Virus record (IMG/VR): IMGVR_UViG_3300042261_000916
Span: 1 to 60,643 of that record
Reading direction: 5' to 3' (one strand)
Origin: a virus
Lineage: Duplodnaviria > Caudoviricetes
DNA length: 60,643 bases
Shown here: positions 35,618-45,800 of the stretch, in pieces
Numbering within the stretch: position 1 is the first letter of the stretch
How the letters are laid out: the number at the start of each line of letters is the position of its first letter
Notes under the pieces: generated by a model
What the model was told of the DNA's origin: nothing
Database searches by the model: none
The model's input: only the letters and a program-made list of their open reading frames with translations
Translations under genes and position numbers: made by a program

Positions 35618-37453
35618 ATGCAAATCCTTGATTTTATAGAACTCCAATATGATAAACTCAGCGAACAAATAAAAAACTGGTTGCAGGCAAAATATTCTAA
35701 ATCAGATATAAATTTCAGCGAGGCTTCCCCATTTGGACAAATTCTAAAAGTAGATAAAGAATTATTTACTCATAATATAATTTATAATAAAAACTCTGTT
35801 AATCAAATTTCAATAGATTACGCCACAGATGAAAGAATGATTGATAATATTGCTCGTATTAGCGGACATAATCCAACACGTCCTATTTCAGCGACAGGAA
35901 CTCTTAATCTTAAATTAAAAACCGGAGTAGATATATCAAATCAGATAGGAAATTCTACTATTAAAATAAATAATAGAACGTTATTAAAAAATAAAACAAA
36001 TAATCTTTATTATAATATTGTATTTGGTACAGATTACGTTATTTATAATGTCACTCCAAATATGTCTATATCTGTTAATATTATACAAGGAAAATACGAA
36101 TCACAAACATATACGGGTACAGGATATAAAGATCAATCTTTTAGCGTTAATGTAGATGGAATTCAGAATATAGAAAATTTCAACTACGCTGTATTTTATA
36201 ATGGTCTTCTACTTGATGGTAAAGATAATTTAGTTGATATGTTACCTGATGAATTTGCATTTTATTCCAAGACTGGGTTTTTAGGTGGAGTTGATATTTA
36301 TTTTGGAACTGGGGACTTTGGATTTGTTCCAGCTATTGGTTCTACAATAGAAGTAAGATATTTGTTATCAGATGGTAAAGATGGAAATATATTAAATAAT
36401 AAAATTAACGATTTTCAATTCATTGATTCGGTTTATGATGGGAATGGTGATATATTAGCAATGGAAACTCTCTTCGATGTTTTTGTTGAGAATGATATAA
36501 ATTTTGGAGCAAATAAAGAAAATAAAGTTTTTACAAAAAATCTCATTCCCTTAGTATCAAGAAACTTTGTTTTGGCAACGCCAGATCAATTTATCTATCA
36601 GTTATCCAAACTTAACATGTTCTCTCTTATTAATGCTTATAATACTTTAGATGTTAATAACATAAATAATGATTCTTATATTAATCAATTTGTGACAGAT
36701 GTGTTTGGTCAAAATGTAACAAATAGGGATTTTATAATTTCTGAATTAAAAACTTATTTTCCTAATATTTATGACAATGTTATTTATCTTTATTTAATAC
36801 CCGATGTAAAGAATTATTTTCTATCGGATTATAATTATTTCACTATACCTTTTGATGCTTTTTATTTAGATCAAAATGAAAAAACTAAGGTATTAGATTA
36901 TCTTAAAATGTTGGGGACAATATCTATAACAACTAATGTTAAAATAGTTGATCCTGTAATATCAAGGTATGTAGTAAACATTTATGTGAGAAGATATAGT
37001 ACATATTTTGAAGATAATATTAGAAATCAAATAATAAATCTAGTATCTGATTATTTTATTAATAATAATAGATTCGATAGAGTTGTTAATTCAGAATTAA
37101 TAAAATTAATAAAGGAGCAAGTTCCAGGTGTAGATTCAGTTAATTTAGATTTTGTTTCTAAAAAGAATGAGGATTATCATAGGGATCATAATATATTATC
37201 ACAAAATTCAAATGTTACAAATACAAATGATACTACATTATTACCACCGACTGTTAATAACCCAAATAGATATGATCCTAATTTGATTCTAGGAATAGAT
37301 CCAGTTCAAGGAGATATTATAACTGAAAAAAATGAATATGCTGTTTTGAGAGGTGGTTGGTATGATAGAAATGGAATTTATTATAATGATGTTCCTATTT
37401 TGAATGGATTATCTACAATAAATATTGTATGGACAGGAGTGAGTGTAAAATAA
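35618..37453 (+). CDS. Baseplate wedge subunit (T4 gp6-like)
   Basis: A......IARISGHNPTRPISA.G, IYFG.GDFG..P..G..I.V.YL..DG..GN, RNFVLATP. Confidence 0.82.
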   Translation: MQILDFIELQYDKLSEQIKNWLQAKYSKSDINFSEASPFGQILKVDKELFTHNIIYNKNSVNQISIDYATDERMIDNIARISGHNPTRPISATGTLNLKLKTGVDISNQIGNSTIKINNRTLLKNKTNNLYYNIVFGTDYVIYNVTPNMSISVNIIQGKYESQTYTGTGYKDQSFSVNVDGIQNIENFNYAVFYNGLLLDGKDNLVDMLPDEFAFYSKTGFLGGVDIYFGTGDFGFVPAIGSTIEVRYLLSDGKDGNILNNKINDFQFIDSVYDGNGDILAMETLFDVFVENDINFGANKENKVFTKNLIPLVSRNFVLATPDQFIYQLSKLNMFSLINAYNTLDVNNINNDSYINQFVTDVFGQNVTNRDFIISELKTYFPNIYDNVIYLYLIPDVKNYFLSDYNYFTIPFDAFYLDQNEKTKVLDYLKMLGTISITTNVKIVDPVISRYVVNIYVRRYSTYFEDNIRNQIINLVSDYFINNNRFDRVVNSELIKLIKEQVPGVDSVNLDFVSKKNEDYHRDHNILSQNSNVTNTNDTTLLPPTVNNPNRYDPNLILGIDPVQGDIITEKNEYAVLRGGWYDRNGIYYNDVPILNGLSTINIVWTGVSVK

Positions 37454-37497
37454 ATTAAAAAATATTTTTAATATATAACAAAAAAAAAGAAGTTATC

Positions 37498-37638
37498 ATG
37501 AAAATTACGAAATTTAGTGATTTTATAAAAGAAGAAATAAATTGGGGGAAACAGCCATGGAGATCATTAAAAAATTTGATGAACTTAGAGGAACCTGAAG
37601 AAGAAACAGATGAACCAGAACCAGATGAAGAAAATTGA
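37498..37638 (+). CDS. 46-aa CTS-leader acidic peptide
   Basis: Hand-translated MKITKFSDFIKEEINWGKQPW...EEPEEETDEPEPDEEN, after TAATATATA. Confidence 0.7.
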   Translation: MKITKFSDFIKEEINWGKQPWRSLKNLMNLEEPEEETDEPEPDEEN

Positions 37639-37855
37639 TCCAAATTCTAATGTATCATTGAAATTCAATTTTCAATTAGGAATTTTTCATATGGAAAATA
37701 TACCATCCCTTAATGATGCTTTCAAAAAATTGGCGGAAAAATATAATTTACATGGAAACATAAGATGTGTCGGAAGATATTTTTATTTTGATTTAAAAGG
37801 AAAAAATAAAGACGCCGATGCCTTTTATTATAAAATTAAAGAATTAATAAGGTAA
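37625..37855 (+). CDS. Small protein, weakly acylphosphatase-like
   Basis: KKLAEKYNLHG.I......F...G.....DAF; catalytic residues not evident. Confidence 0.4.
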   Translation: MKKIDPNSNVSLKFNFQLGIFHMENIPSLNDAFKKLAEKYNLHGNIRCVGRYFYFDLKGKNKDADAFYYKIKELIR

Positions 37856-38359
37856 ATGTTAATCTATCAAGAATTTTTAGCAGAGAATACTGTAAACGAG
37901 TTAGCAGCCTTCAGTCCTAATGAAAGACTTAGGTTTGCTGTACACGAAATAGTAGGACGTCTTAAAAATAATGGAGAAATTAAGTTTCCAGAACTATGCA
38001 AAATTCTGAAAAATGAATTTAAAATAGATATATCTGTAGATTTAATAAAAGAAATATTCGATAGATGGGATAAATTTAACGATCCAGATTATAGTATATT
38101 TCAAAAAGACGATAAAAACTGGATGGATGTTTTTCCTTTTGGCGGATATGTTAAAAAGAAAATGAGAGATAAACAAAGTTTCGGAAAACATAGAAATAAA
38201 GCAACTACACCAGTTACATATTCAAGAGGAGGTTATTATGATAATGAATATTCAATGTATCCTCCACAAAATGGCAGTTGGATTGGCGGTAGATGGGTGC
38301 CAAAAGGATCTAGAACTGATGTAAATCCTCTTTATGGCGGTGAATATTATGGAGACTAA
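37856..38359 (+). CDS. Putative internal head protein
   Basis: MLIYQEFLAE is nearly identical to the T4 IPII/IPIII leader MKTYQEFIAE. Confidence 0.75.
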   Translation: MLIYQEFLAENTVNELAAFSPNERLRFAVHEIVGRLKNNGEIKFPELCKILKNEFKIDISVDLIKEIFDRWDKFNDPDYSIFQKDDKNWMDVFPFGGYVKKKMRDKQSFGKHRNKATTPVTYSRGGYYDNEYSMYPPQNGSWIGGRWVPKGSRTDVNPLYGGEYYGD

Positions 38360-38362
38360 ATT

Positions 38363-38920
38363 ATGGCTACAAAAAAGTATATAGAATTTATTAGAGAATG
38401 GGGCACTGATGCCAATAAACCTCAGATCAAAGTCAGCGACAGAATGATAGACGAAATAGATCTTAAAGAAGAAAACGATAGATTTGATATTGAGGGACAA
38501 TTAGAAGTCATGTTCGATAGAGTTGATATTAGTGAATCTGTAGATAACAGGTCAGAAGCAGACCCCTACGGCGAAGAAGACTGGAACGCTAATCTGCCAG
38601 AGAAAGATTTTTCAAATTGGAAAGGTAATCTATGGGATTGGTTAATACAACTTGGAGATGACTATTATAAAGATTTGCTTCACAAACTAGATGGGGCCGA
38701 TGAAAGAGAAGGAACTTTCTATATAAGTGAAATCATAGATGGTTTAGAAAGCGACGAAAATATATCTTTAACTGGAGATGAAATTAGAAAAATAAGGAAA
38801 ATGGCTGAAGATGAACTAACAGAATATTTAGTTAAAGATGAAGATGAAGAAACAGTACCTGATCCTGATGAATATTATGATAGAAAAAGATTAGAAGAAT
38901 TAGAAGAATTAGAAAAATGA
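38363..38920 (+). CDS. Acidic CTS-leader protein with DPYGEEDW
   Basis: MATKKYIEFIRE; tag at 38561. Confidence 0.75.
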   Translation: MATKKYIEFIREWGTDANKPQIKVSDRMIDEIDLKEENDRFDIEGQLEVMFDRVDISESVDNRSEADPYGEEDWNANLPEKDFSNWKGNLWDWLIQLGDDYYKDLLHKLDGADEREGTFYISEIIDGLESDENISLTGDEIRKIRKMAEDELTEYLVKDEDEETVPDPDEYYDRKRLEELEELEK

Positions 38921-39174
38921 TAGAAAGAGAATCACAAATAAAGGAATTATACGATCTCAAACACAGAAAAGATAATGAGATACATACACACTTCGATTAT
39001 GAAGCTGAGCTTCTTAATAGATTAATGCCAGAATATGCACGTAGAAATGATAACGTAAATGAATTTTGCGATAGATTACAGGGCATATTCGTATGGGGCA
39101 TTGAATCTAATCTTGTTTTAAGAAATTTTTACAATTATACTGTTGGTAAATATTACAATAAACACAGCAATTAA
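38917..39174 (+). CDS. Hypothetical protein
   Basis: Coupled ORF. Confidence 0.65.
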   Translation: MIERESQIKELYDLKHRKDNEIHTHFDYEAELLNRLMPEYARRNDNVNEFCDRLQGIFVWGIESNLVLRNFYNYTVGKYYNKHSN

Positions 39175-39509
39175 TGGATCAAGAAATATATAATGATATA
39201 ATGGTCATGTATATGACCCCTTTTAAAATTTCATATTATGGAAAATTAAAAATTAGATTTATACAAGATACAACAATTGAATTTATACATTATTGTAAAG
39301 ATTGTTATTCAACTGGAATTATTTCCAAATCTTTATTTAATATAGACGTGAAAGTCGGTGATGAGTATTTCTTTGATGTATTATCAGATGTAGATGATTA
39401 TATAAAAGTAACAATGGACTGTTTTAATTTATCAGATTATGATTGTTTTTGCGATTGTTATCCCTTAGCGATGGCTAAGATATATAAGAATTCCTTTGAA
39501 TTCATTTGA
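39174..39509 (+). CDS. Hypothetical protein
   Basis: Coupled ORF. Confidence 0.6.
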   Translation: MDQEIYNDIMVMYMTPFKISYYGKLKIRFIQDTTIEFIHYCKDCYSTGIISKSLFNIDVKVGDEYFFDVLSDVDDYIKVTMDCFNLSDYDCFCDCYPLAMAKIYKNSFEFI

Positions 39510-39634
39510 AAATGTCCAAAACTTATATTTCCTATTTTATATATAGATAAGAACTCACTGATTATCAGGAGAAAAAAAATTCGAACTTTTAGACCTTTTA
39601 GCGTCTATATATAAGGTAAAATTAAACACCAATT

Positions 39635-40021
39635 ATGGCAGAAGAAGAAAAAGATGATAATATTAAACTATATGGTAAAATAGCAAAAATGCCTAAAAAC
39701 TCAAAAGCTGCCCAATCTTTAACTTTTTTAGAAAAGATTAAAATATCTAAACAAAAGTTATGGTATATTTTGATCGAGAAACAAGACAACGAGCTTCAAA
39801 TGATCAAATATAACAATAGAAAAGGTGTTAATCTTAAATTGTTTATTGACAACTTAAAAGGATATTATGCTCATAATGAAATATTGAAAGAGCATATAGA
39901 TAATCTCGAGGTTGTTGGTGAAGATAAATTTTCAATAATAAAGAATATACCAGATGTTGAAATAAATGGTAAGAAGTTAATAACTATTCTTGCTGAAGAT
40001 CTTATTAAATTATTGAAATAA
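39635..40021 (+). CDS. Hypothetical protein
   Basis: ORF after a TATATA box. Confidence 0.7.
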   Translation: MAEEEKDDNIKLYGKIAKMPKNSKAAQSLTFLEKIKISKQKLWYILIEKQDNELQMIKYNNRKGVNLKLFIDNLKGYYAHNEILKEHIDNLEVVGEDKFSIIKNIPDVEINGKKLITILAEDLIKLLK

Positions 40022-40654
40022 TTATTTTATTATCTTAAATCCCTTTCTTTTACCACTCTTATATCTCCAGTAGAAATCTGGATTTGCTTCGTCTCTTTTT
40101 AATCTATCATTTCTTATTAATAGATTAAAATCGTGGACAGAGAATGGATTTTCTGGTTTATCTCCATAAAAACTTGGAGTAACGGTAGAAGAAGATGAAG
40201 GAGAAGAACTATGTCTACGATATTCCGCTCTTTTTAATTTTGGAAAATAAGATTTGAATGAATCTTTATCCCCTCTGGCGATCATATCTTGTTGTTCTTC
40301 TAATTGATGTTGAAAAAGTTTTTTAATTCTTAAAGCTTCTTCTCTTTCTATTTTTTTTATATTTTCTGAATCAATAATTGCCTGTTTTTTATTTTGAGAG
40401 GTTGTTGTGTCTTTGACTTGCAGAATGCTTGATTTAGGAGCTTTCTGAGAAAACTCGCCTTTGAAAGGTCTAGATTTCTTATCTCCTTCTTCCATAATTC
40501 TCTTTTGCTCGGCTCTAGCTTCAGCATCTAATTTTGCATACCTTTCTTTTTCTTCCTTTTGAACTTCAGCTAAATTCTTTTCAACTTTAGTTTTAGGCTT
40601 TTTAACAGGAGCTGATGCCTCATTTATAAATTCAGAGAATCTTAAAACTTTCAT
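40022..40654 (-). CDS. Basic putative internal head protein
   Basis: MKVLRFSEFINEA leader; K/R/E-rich. Confidence 0.75.
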   Translation of the reverse strand: MKVLRFSEFINEASAPVKKPKTKVEKNLAEVQKEEKERYAKLDAEARAEQKRIMEEGDKKSRPFKGEFSQKAPKSSILQVKDTTTSQNKKQAIIDSENIKKIEREEALRIKKLFQHQLEEQQDMIARGDKDSFKSYFPKLKRAEYRRHSSSPSSSSTVTPSFYGDKPENPFSVHDFNLLIRNDRLKRDEANPDFYWRYKSGKRKGFKIIK

Positions 40655-40684
40655 ATAATCGCTATTAATTTCGATTATATATTA
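40653..40684 (-). promoter_or_regulatory. Late-type promoter TTAATATATA within a hairpin that pairs with the start codon
   Basis: Minus strand ATATAATCG-10 nt-CGATTATAT(G). Confidence 0.55.
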
Positions 40685-40690
40685 ATTTAA

Positions 40691-42865
40691 TTATTCTCTT
40701 TTTATTAAACCGTTTTTCTCAATAGATTCTATAACCATAGCTGGTGTTATTGATTTGGAACATATGAACATATCTTCAGATCCTTCTTTTTGAGCAGGAC
40801 ACCAATCCCATTTTCCTCTGTCAAATTCATATCTTAAATCATTGAAACATCCATTACAAACTTTATCATTATGGACTCTTATACAATTTGACTTAAATTC
40901 ACAGAAAGGTTTACTAAATCCTGAAATCATAACGACTTTTTTACCTAGAGCCCAAGCCACCCAAGCTAATCCACTACCGATTGTTATCATAAATTCTGAG
41001 TGTTTTATTTGATTTATTCTCTTTTCTATAGTTTGCTCTCCAGTCTCATTTAATACATTTCTTAGGGTTGTAGATTGTCTGCTTATTACGACTACTTTGA
41101 GTCCTTTACTATTTAGATAATCAACTATAGATTGCCATCCTCCAGCATGATGCCAATGTTTTGCATTTGCTGTAGAATGCTCAGCTATTACGACATATTT
41201 ACTAACATAAGGTCTTTCTTTATCTGGAATAGCTATTTTAGGTCTTATTTCAAAATATGGAAGTCCCAGAATATCAGAAGCAGTTTGTTGTAATGGAACT
41301 ATTCTATAATCATTTGGTTGACGACTTCTATCTCCTCCCCAAGGCGGTGAAAACCATCCTATAGGATAAAAAGCATACATATTTTCAGGATATGTATCTG
41401 GTTTTATAAAGATAATATCTTTATATACGCTTTCAAATAAATGATTTTGATGAGTAGAACAATACATTACACATTTATGTTTTATTCTAAATTCTTCTAC
41501 ATATGGAATCCATGCAATAGAATCTCCAAGAGAACTACTATGGAAAGCTATAAGCACATTCTTTCCTTCAGCGTTGTAATCAAAAACTTGTTCATCGTCT
41601 CCAGTAACTCTAATTCTCCAATTCCTATAATAAGTTATTGGTGGAACAGCCCATCTATTAGATGTCATTGGTAAACTCCAAACTAATCTATCTGGTCCAT
41701 CCGTTCTATCTATAAATTCAACATTTATTTTCTTTTCTGTTAAACATTTCATTTCGAAGAAACATCCAGGGTTTCCTTCCCTTCCATTAAAATTGACAGA
41801 ATAATTTATCTGCGGTTCAGCATTATCTTTATGTATAATTTCACTATTTGTATAAGCATCAATAACATGTTTACGCATATCATCTCTTGTAAAATTGTCT
41901 TTTACAGATACAACAAAATGATAAAAGTCGTTTAGTTCTTTAACAACTACACTCCAATCATATTTTTTTGCTGTACTATGAGCCAAATCTTTGTAATGAT
42001 CGTAATTGTTAATTACCTTTTTTATGTTATTTACAACATCAGAAGTGTTTCTAATACATTTAACAAGACCTTCTAAAGGTTTTCTACCATCATAAGTTCC
42101 AACTATCGGAAGACCGCACGCTAAAGCTTCTACTAAAGTTAAATTTGGTTGTCCTGCTTCTAATTCTGATGGATGTAGAAATATAGTATGATCATTATAA
42201 ATGTCAACTAATTTTTCTTCAGTAGGATCTTTTATAAACTTTAATTTTTCATATTGTAATAAATCTTCATTTTTAGAGAAAAAGTTCTTATTATTGTCAG
42301 GTCCAACTATTGTTATCTCTAAATCCAATTCTTTGGCTGCCTCAATAGCATATCTAAATCCTTTTCTATCATAATATGGATCATTAGCATAACCATTATT
42401 AGCTACACATAGAAGTTTGTGTTTAGGATGTTTAATTCCTTTATCTACATATATTGATGTATCTGCTCCATGTGGAATATAGAATAGTTTATCTGTAGTA
42501 TCGAAATAGTCTAGTAAATATTCAGCATATGTTATAGATGCTACAGATTTTTTCATAGCTAGAAAATTATTAGCATATAGAGTTGATAATTTACCATATC
42601 TAACTACATGATGATCATGCATTGAAAATACATATGGTATATTATGATTGTTCCATTCTTCTATAGCTTGATTAGCTGCGTGGAAGTGAACTATATCATA
42701 TTTGGTTTTTCCGCCTCCTTCATATATTTCCCAGGGGAAAACTACATCAACAGTATGGCCAAGTTTTTCGAGTTGTAATTTATAGTTCCATATAACTTTT
42801 TCTATTGCTCCCCAACTTTTAGGTGGTATTGAAATTAAACCAAGATTTATTTGTGCTATTCTCAT
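40691..42865 (-). CDS. GT4 glycosyltransferase fused to Aah/TibC-family protein O-heptosyltransferase
   Basis: N-terminal IPP..WGAIE, EAG.PNLT.VEALACGLP; C-terminal SSSLGD.IAW.PY, PLQQ.A.DILG, GSGLAW.AWA...VVMISGFS.P..EF, VCNGCFND...WCP...CSKSIT. Confidence 0.88.
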   Translation of the reverse strand: MRIAQINLGLISIPPKSWGAIEKVIWNYKLQLEKLGHTVDVVFPWEIYEGGGKTKYDIVHFHAANQAIEEWNNHNIPYVFSMHDHHVVRYGKLSTLYANNFLAMKKSVASITYAEYLLDYFDTTDKLFYIPHGADTSIYVDKGIKHPKHKLLCVANNGYANDPYYDRKGFRYAIEAAKELDLEITIVGPDNNKNFFSKNEDLLQYEKLKFIKDPTEEKLVDIYNDHTIFLHPSELEAGQPNLTLVEALACGLPIVGTYDGRKPLEGLVKCIRNTSDVVNNIKKVINNYDHYKDLAHSTAKKYDWSVVVKELNDFYHFVVSVKDNFTRDDMRKHVIDAYTNSEIIHKDNAEPQINYSVNFNGREGNPGCFFEMKCLTEKKINVEFIDRTDGPDRLVWSLPMTSNRWAVPPITYYRNWRIRVTGDDEQVFDYNAEGKNVLIAFHSSSLGDSIAWIPYVEEFRIKHKCVMYCSTHQNHLFESVYKDIIFIKPDTYPENMYAFYPIGWFSPPWGGDRSRQPNDYRIVPLQQTASDILGLPYFEIRPKIAIPDKERPYVSKYVVIAEHSTANAKHWHHAGGWQSIVDYLNSKGLKVVVISRQSTTLRNVLNETGEQTIEKRINQIKHSEFMITIGSGLAWVAWALGKKVVMISGFSKPFCEFKSNCIRVHNDKVCNGCFNDLRYEFDRGKWDWCPAQKEGSEDMFICSKSITPAMVIESIEKNGLIKRE

Positions 42866-42888
42866 AATTCCTTTTTCATTTTTTTTAT

Positions 42889-45800
42889 TTATTTATAAAA
42901 TATGACATTACCCATGCCCAATCCTTCATTTATTTCTATAATTCTACGATTTAGAAATTTAGATCTCATTTTATAGATTTTATAATTAAATCCGTTTCTT
43001 TTCATTTTATCTATAACATAGTCTAATCTATTATCTAAGTTCATATGAAATTCGAGTAAGATTCTATTTATTTTAGATAAAGTGTGGTCGCTTATTTTAT
43101 CGAATATTTCATATTCTCCCCCTTCAATATCCATTTTTATAGCGTCTATGTTTTGTATATTATATAAGTTTATTATATCATCTATACTTATAGTTTTTAT
43201 CTTTTTAGTAATTATATTATCATGATGTTCTTTATTGATCCATTCATTTATAAGAGAACCAGCGTAGGTAGTATTATCACTTTTTAAGTAATGAAATTCT
43301 AATTCTTTATTTGATTCTGAATAAACTGCTTTATTTATAAATGATACATTTTTATTATTTCTAAATGTGTTTAATGTTGATTTATAACATTTGTCATCAG
43401 CCTCAATACCTATGATGTTTTTACAACCCTTTTCTAAAGCGTAAGCTGTGAAAGTACCAACACCAGATCCTATATCAATAACAACTTTATCTTTACTACT
43501 TAATTCTAATTCTTTCCACACATCATCGAAGAAAGCTTCATAATAATTCCTAAACTCTAAACAAGGAGTTTCAAATTTAAACTTCGTTTTTGTAACTGGA
43601 GGTTCATTTCTTAATCTAAAATCTTTCTCTAAGATAACATCCTGATTATTTGGATTTTTTATGAATATTTTATAACCGTTGAATTGTTCATACATATCAT
43701 ATAAAGGTTCACCTGTAAATATCCAATGATTTCTACTTTCATTAGAAAATTCTATTTTAGTATAGAATATTGGAAAATTAGAATCTATATCAGTTATCCA
43801 TATATCACAAGGAACTCTTTCTTCGCCGTTGTATGTAAGATATACTTTATTCTCTTCTTTATCATAAGATACGTCAACTTTTATTTTTTCTATTTTCTCT
43901 ACTTTAACTTCTCTTACTTCTTCTTCCTTTGTAGTAGAAGAATTTTCTGTAAATAAACCATTTTCTCTAATTGTATGAATATTATTCATATTTACATTAA
44001 ATACTTGTTTACTTATTTCTTTATCTGTAGAATCAGTGAAGGATACATTAATAAAATAATCATCGTCTTTTCCTATTGTGAATTTTTTGAGAAAACTTTT
44101 TTTGTCTTTTATTTCATGGAATATTGGTTGAGCTGTAACTATATCTTTATCTCCTCTATTCTCTATAATTAAATTTATTGTTCTGTCGTCTGTTGCATTA
44201 GAAGAATTAAACCAGAATATGAAACTATTTGGTTGATCTTTAACTGGTAAGACTGTCATATATTCTACTCCAGAAAACAAATTTATTTTATTATTGTTTT
44301 TAAATAATTTAGTTTCATCAGTTACTTCTATTATAAGATCTTTAGAATAAGGCATTATCTTTTTATAGAAGTAATATTCTAAGAAATTATGACAATCCAA
44401 TCTCTTACATTCAGCATTGAATTGCTCTGGTGTTCTAGTTTCTGTATTGAATATCTTTGTGTAGAATTCTGTGTTTATGATAAAAAATACACTTTTCAAT
44501 AATTTCATGTCATTCTCTGAATACATCATGAAATAACCATTCTTGTTTTCTTTATCAATTCTTTTACATAAATTCTTAATTGTGTCTATGTCATTATTAT
44601 TAAAAATAAAATCATAACTACAACAAATAATATTATCATATCCTGCCTCTTTTGCAAATTTGACAGAATTTTCTATATTATTAAGTACTGTCAAAGATTG
44701 ATTTAATTTCGATTTATTTTGTAATTTATCAAGATAAATGTCTACTCTTCCTTCTTGCATTGTTGACCAGAAATACTTATATAAGGTATGTTCTATTAAT
44801 GGATTATAAGAATCGTATAGATAATAATCTACTTTGTCTTGTAGTTTTTTATTTACAGGATAATGTGACGCTAGTAATGTTTTCATTCCCGAACTCTTTA
44901 TAGCTTCTATGCATTCTTCAGTAATATCTTCTTTTATTTTAGTATCTGGATATGTTAATATTACAAACATATTTTTAGATTCTTTAATTTCAGTGACTAC
45001 AATATCTTTAATTTTATTAATCTCTTTAAATCTGAGTTCTCTTGTAAATAATATTTCACTATCTCTTGAATATTCAACAGCAAATCCACAAAAATCTTCA
45101 TTTTGGACATGACTAGACCCTGGCGATATCCAATTTATAGAAGTACTATTATTAAATATTAAATTATCAGCAGTGAAAATATTTATTCTAGTTTCTATGT
45201 CTTTTACTTTCACATCTAAGATTATATCTTTTTCAGATCCAAAATAAGGCAGATATAATTTATTTTCACTGGTTTTATAATCTAATCCAAAATCTTCTGG
45301 TTTAATATTTGTTTTTTCGTCTTTCAATCTTTTGATTTTTTCATCAGTCTCTTCTTTATTATTCAACATCAAATCTTGTAATTCTTTTCTTACACTTTCA
45401 GAATCAGGAGTCATGTTTATTTTCAATCTTTTGGTAAAGAGATATTCTCCTTTGTATTTTATATCAAAATGAAATTCATTATATTTTTGATGCCCATAGA
45501 CTTGTATCCATACGGGATTATATGGTGATAAAATAGTTTCAGTAGTGTAAATTCCATTTACATCGTCTGCATTTACAGTAATGCTCAAATCACTAATATC
45601 ATTTTGATAAAAATCACTTAAACAAAAATGGAATTTTTGATCTTCTGGATTAAACTCTACTATAATATCATCTGGATTTTTATCTCTTACAAGATTGTTT
45701 ATATCTTTCCTGAGAAAATGAGTTACCGCCTCTCCTTGTATTGTTGATATGCCCTCTATCTGAGTTGTTAGTCTCGGTGCAATAGCTTTGGTTTTATTCC

